Of a stretch of DNA of 64,000 nt, positions 62,368 through 64,000 are shown piece after piece. This stretch comes from an uncultured delta proteobacterium (GTDB taxonomy: Bacteria > Desulfobacterota > Syntrophobacteria > Syntrophobacterales > Syntrophobacteraceae): assembly GCA_963808625.1 (NCBI GenBank), contig CAWEHK010000034.1:1-64000 (forward strand), written 5' to 3'. Every line of letters begins with the position of its first letter. Position 1 is the stretch's first letter. The notes beneath the pieces are model-generated. The model was given only the letters and a program-made list of their open reading frames with translations. It made no database searches and was not told the origin of the DNA. Position numbers and translations under genes: made by a program.

Positions 62368-63195
62368 ATGAAAAGATCATTGCTGTTCCTTGCTGCAATC
62401 CTGTCGATGGTGTCGTTGATCGCGATCCCCTTCGCCCCGGTACCGGCGGATGCGGCCAAGGTCATCAAGCTCCACAACCTCAACAAGGACGATCCCTTCG
62501 CCTTCCCCAACATCAACGCCACCTATGTCGTTTTTGACGGACCCTTCGACGCCAAACTGGCAGAGGATATCGAGAAGAAGACCGGGATGAAGGTACTGGG
62601 ATTCGGGGATTCCGGCGGGTTCTTCCACTTCACCAACTCCAAGCGGCCAATCCAGACTCCCGATGACATGAAGGGGCTTAAAATCCGCACCATGGGACTG
62701 GACACCCACAAGGCCATCGTGAGCGCGCTCGGCGGGCAGCCTTCGGTCATTCCCTGGGCCGAGGTCTATACCGCGTGCAAACGGGTGTCGCAGACGGCCA
62801 GATGAACCCCATACCGATCATTTCCTTTGCCAAGATGAACGAGGTCCAGAAATACCTGACCCTCTCAGGCCACCTTTTCGCACCCTACGTGTGGGTGATG
62901 AACAAGGACTTCTATGACAGCCTCACCCCCCAGGAAAAAGTGGTCCTGAACGACGCCGTCAAGTCGGCAATCATGGCCGGCCGTGGAGTAGCGCGGGCGA
63001 TCGAGGCTTCGGACAGGGGTCTGGCGGCGCTCAGCAAGGAAATGCAGGTCAACGCCCTCACCCCTGACCAGCGCGCCAGTTCCCGACCTCACCCAGCCCG
63101 AGGTGAAGAAAATCATCGTTGAGAAATACGGTCCTGAAGGCGAAGCCATGATGAAGACCTTCCTGGAGGCGATCGACGCCGCCTCGAAGCAGTAA
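62368..63195 (+). pseudogene. Second dctP with internal deletion and frameshifts
   Basis: Signal peptide, then DDPF joined directly to AFPN; DMKGLKIRTM, WAEVYT, ADGQMNP; too short for an intact DctP. Confidence 0.75.
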
Positions 63196-63276
63196 CACGC
63201 AAGGCTCATTCGACCAGGGGCGTCCGGGTGATGTCGACGGCTGCTGTATGCATTTTCTCGCTCATGGAAGGCCGGC

Positions 63277-64000
63277 TCAGATTCCGAGCTTCGCGCCGAG
63301 CAGGGCCCTGAGGAAGTAGATGACGAACGCTCCGGTCGTCACGTAGGTGAGCCAGGAATCCCGCTGACGTTTGAGGAGCCGGATCAGGGTGTAGACGAGG
63401 AATCCCGCGCCGATTCCGTTGGTGATCGAGTAGGTAAGCGGCATCACCATGAAGGTCGTGACGACGGGCCAGGCCTCCTCGGTATGGGTAAGGTCGAGGC
63501 CATCCTTGCGGTTGACAAGAACGCCGCACATCATGACGCCCACGGCGATGAGCGCTCCGGCGGTAGCCTCCTTGGGCACCGCCCCGACAAGTGGCGCGAG
63601 CGGCATGAAGAGGAGGAAGAGCAGCCCGGTGACGACGGCGGTGAGTCCGGTTCGGCCGCCCGCCTGAACGCCCGCCTGGCTCTCGATGTAGGTCGTGCAG
63701 CTGGAGGACGAGAAGACACCACCGCACACCGCCGCGAGGCTATCGACGAGCAATGGCCGGCCGACGTCCTTGAAACGTCCCTGTTCGTCGAGATAACCCG
63801 CCTGCGATCCAACGCCGACCAGCGTACCAAGCGTATCGAAGAAATCCGCGAGCATGATGCTGAAGATCGTCAGCACGGCTGTCAGTACGCCCACCCGATG
63901 GAAGATCCCGATGAGGTCGAACTCGCCGATCACCGAGAAGTCCGGCTTGTCGAAGAGGGTGGCAGGGAGCACCGCGGCGCCGGGTGTCGGGAAGGCCTTG
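63277..64000 (-). CDS. NCS2/AzgA-type purine (guanine/hypoxanthine/adenine) permease, 5' part outside the window
   Basis: DFFDTLGT, TTYIESQAG, GGRTGLT, MPLTYSITNGIGAG. Confidence 0.92.
   Translation of the reverse strand, partial: KAFPTPGAAVLPATLFDKPDFSVIGEFDLIGIFHRVGVLTAVLTIFSIMLADFFDTLGTLVGVGSQAGYLDEQGRFKDVGRPLLVDSLAAVCGGVFSSSSCTTYIESQAGVQAGGRTGLTAVVTGLLFLLFMPLAPLVGAVPKEATAGALIAVGVMMCGVLVNRKDGLDLTHTEEAWPVVTTFMVMPLTYSITNGIGAGFLVYTLIRLLKRQRDSWLTYVTTGAFVIYFLRALLGAKLGI

Overview
Chromosomal window from a sulfate-reducing Desulfobacterota-like bacterium (probably a long-read MAG, since many conserved genes such as aprB, lepA, thrC, hemW and ntrX carry single-base frameshifts). The left part has a sulfate-activation locus: sat is divergent from an AT-richer, Archaeoglobus/Gram-positive-like aprBA, which is followed by two YkgJ-type Cys-cluster genes and no qmo. 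An IS256 remnant and a tandemly duplicated sat leader lie between sat and aprB. The middle has rubrerythrin/flavodiiron oxidative-stress genes, an ABC-cNMP-HD-peptidase operon, a ParE/RHH TA pair next to tRNA-Pro(GGG), a sigma54-type lpxC-DUF4390-ntrYX operon, thrC, lepA and hemW. The right part is a mosaic, mostly minus-strand purine/ureide-catabolism region: ygeW, ygeY and two uncharacterised PLP enzymes in place of ygeX/dpaL, a high-GC ABC peptide-type transporter with a carbamoylase remnant, TRAP systems and an NCS2/AzgA permease. Intergenic spaces are full of short repeats, including about six 127-157 bp MITE-like shells with IS-type termini that carry different REP-like hairpin cargoes. 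All family calls come from motif recognition by eye; no searches were run.
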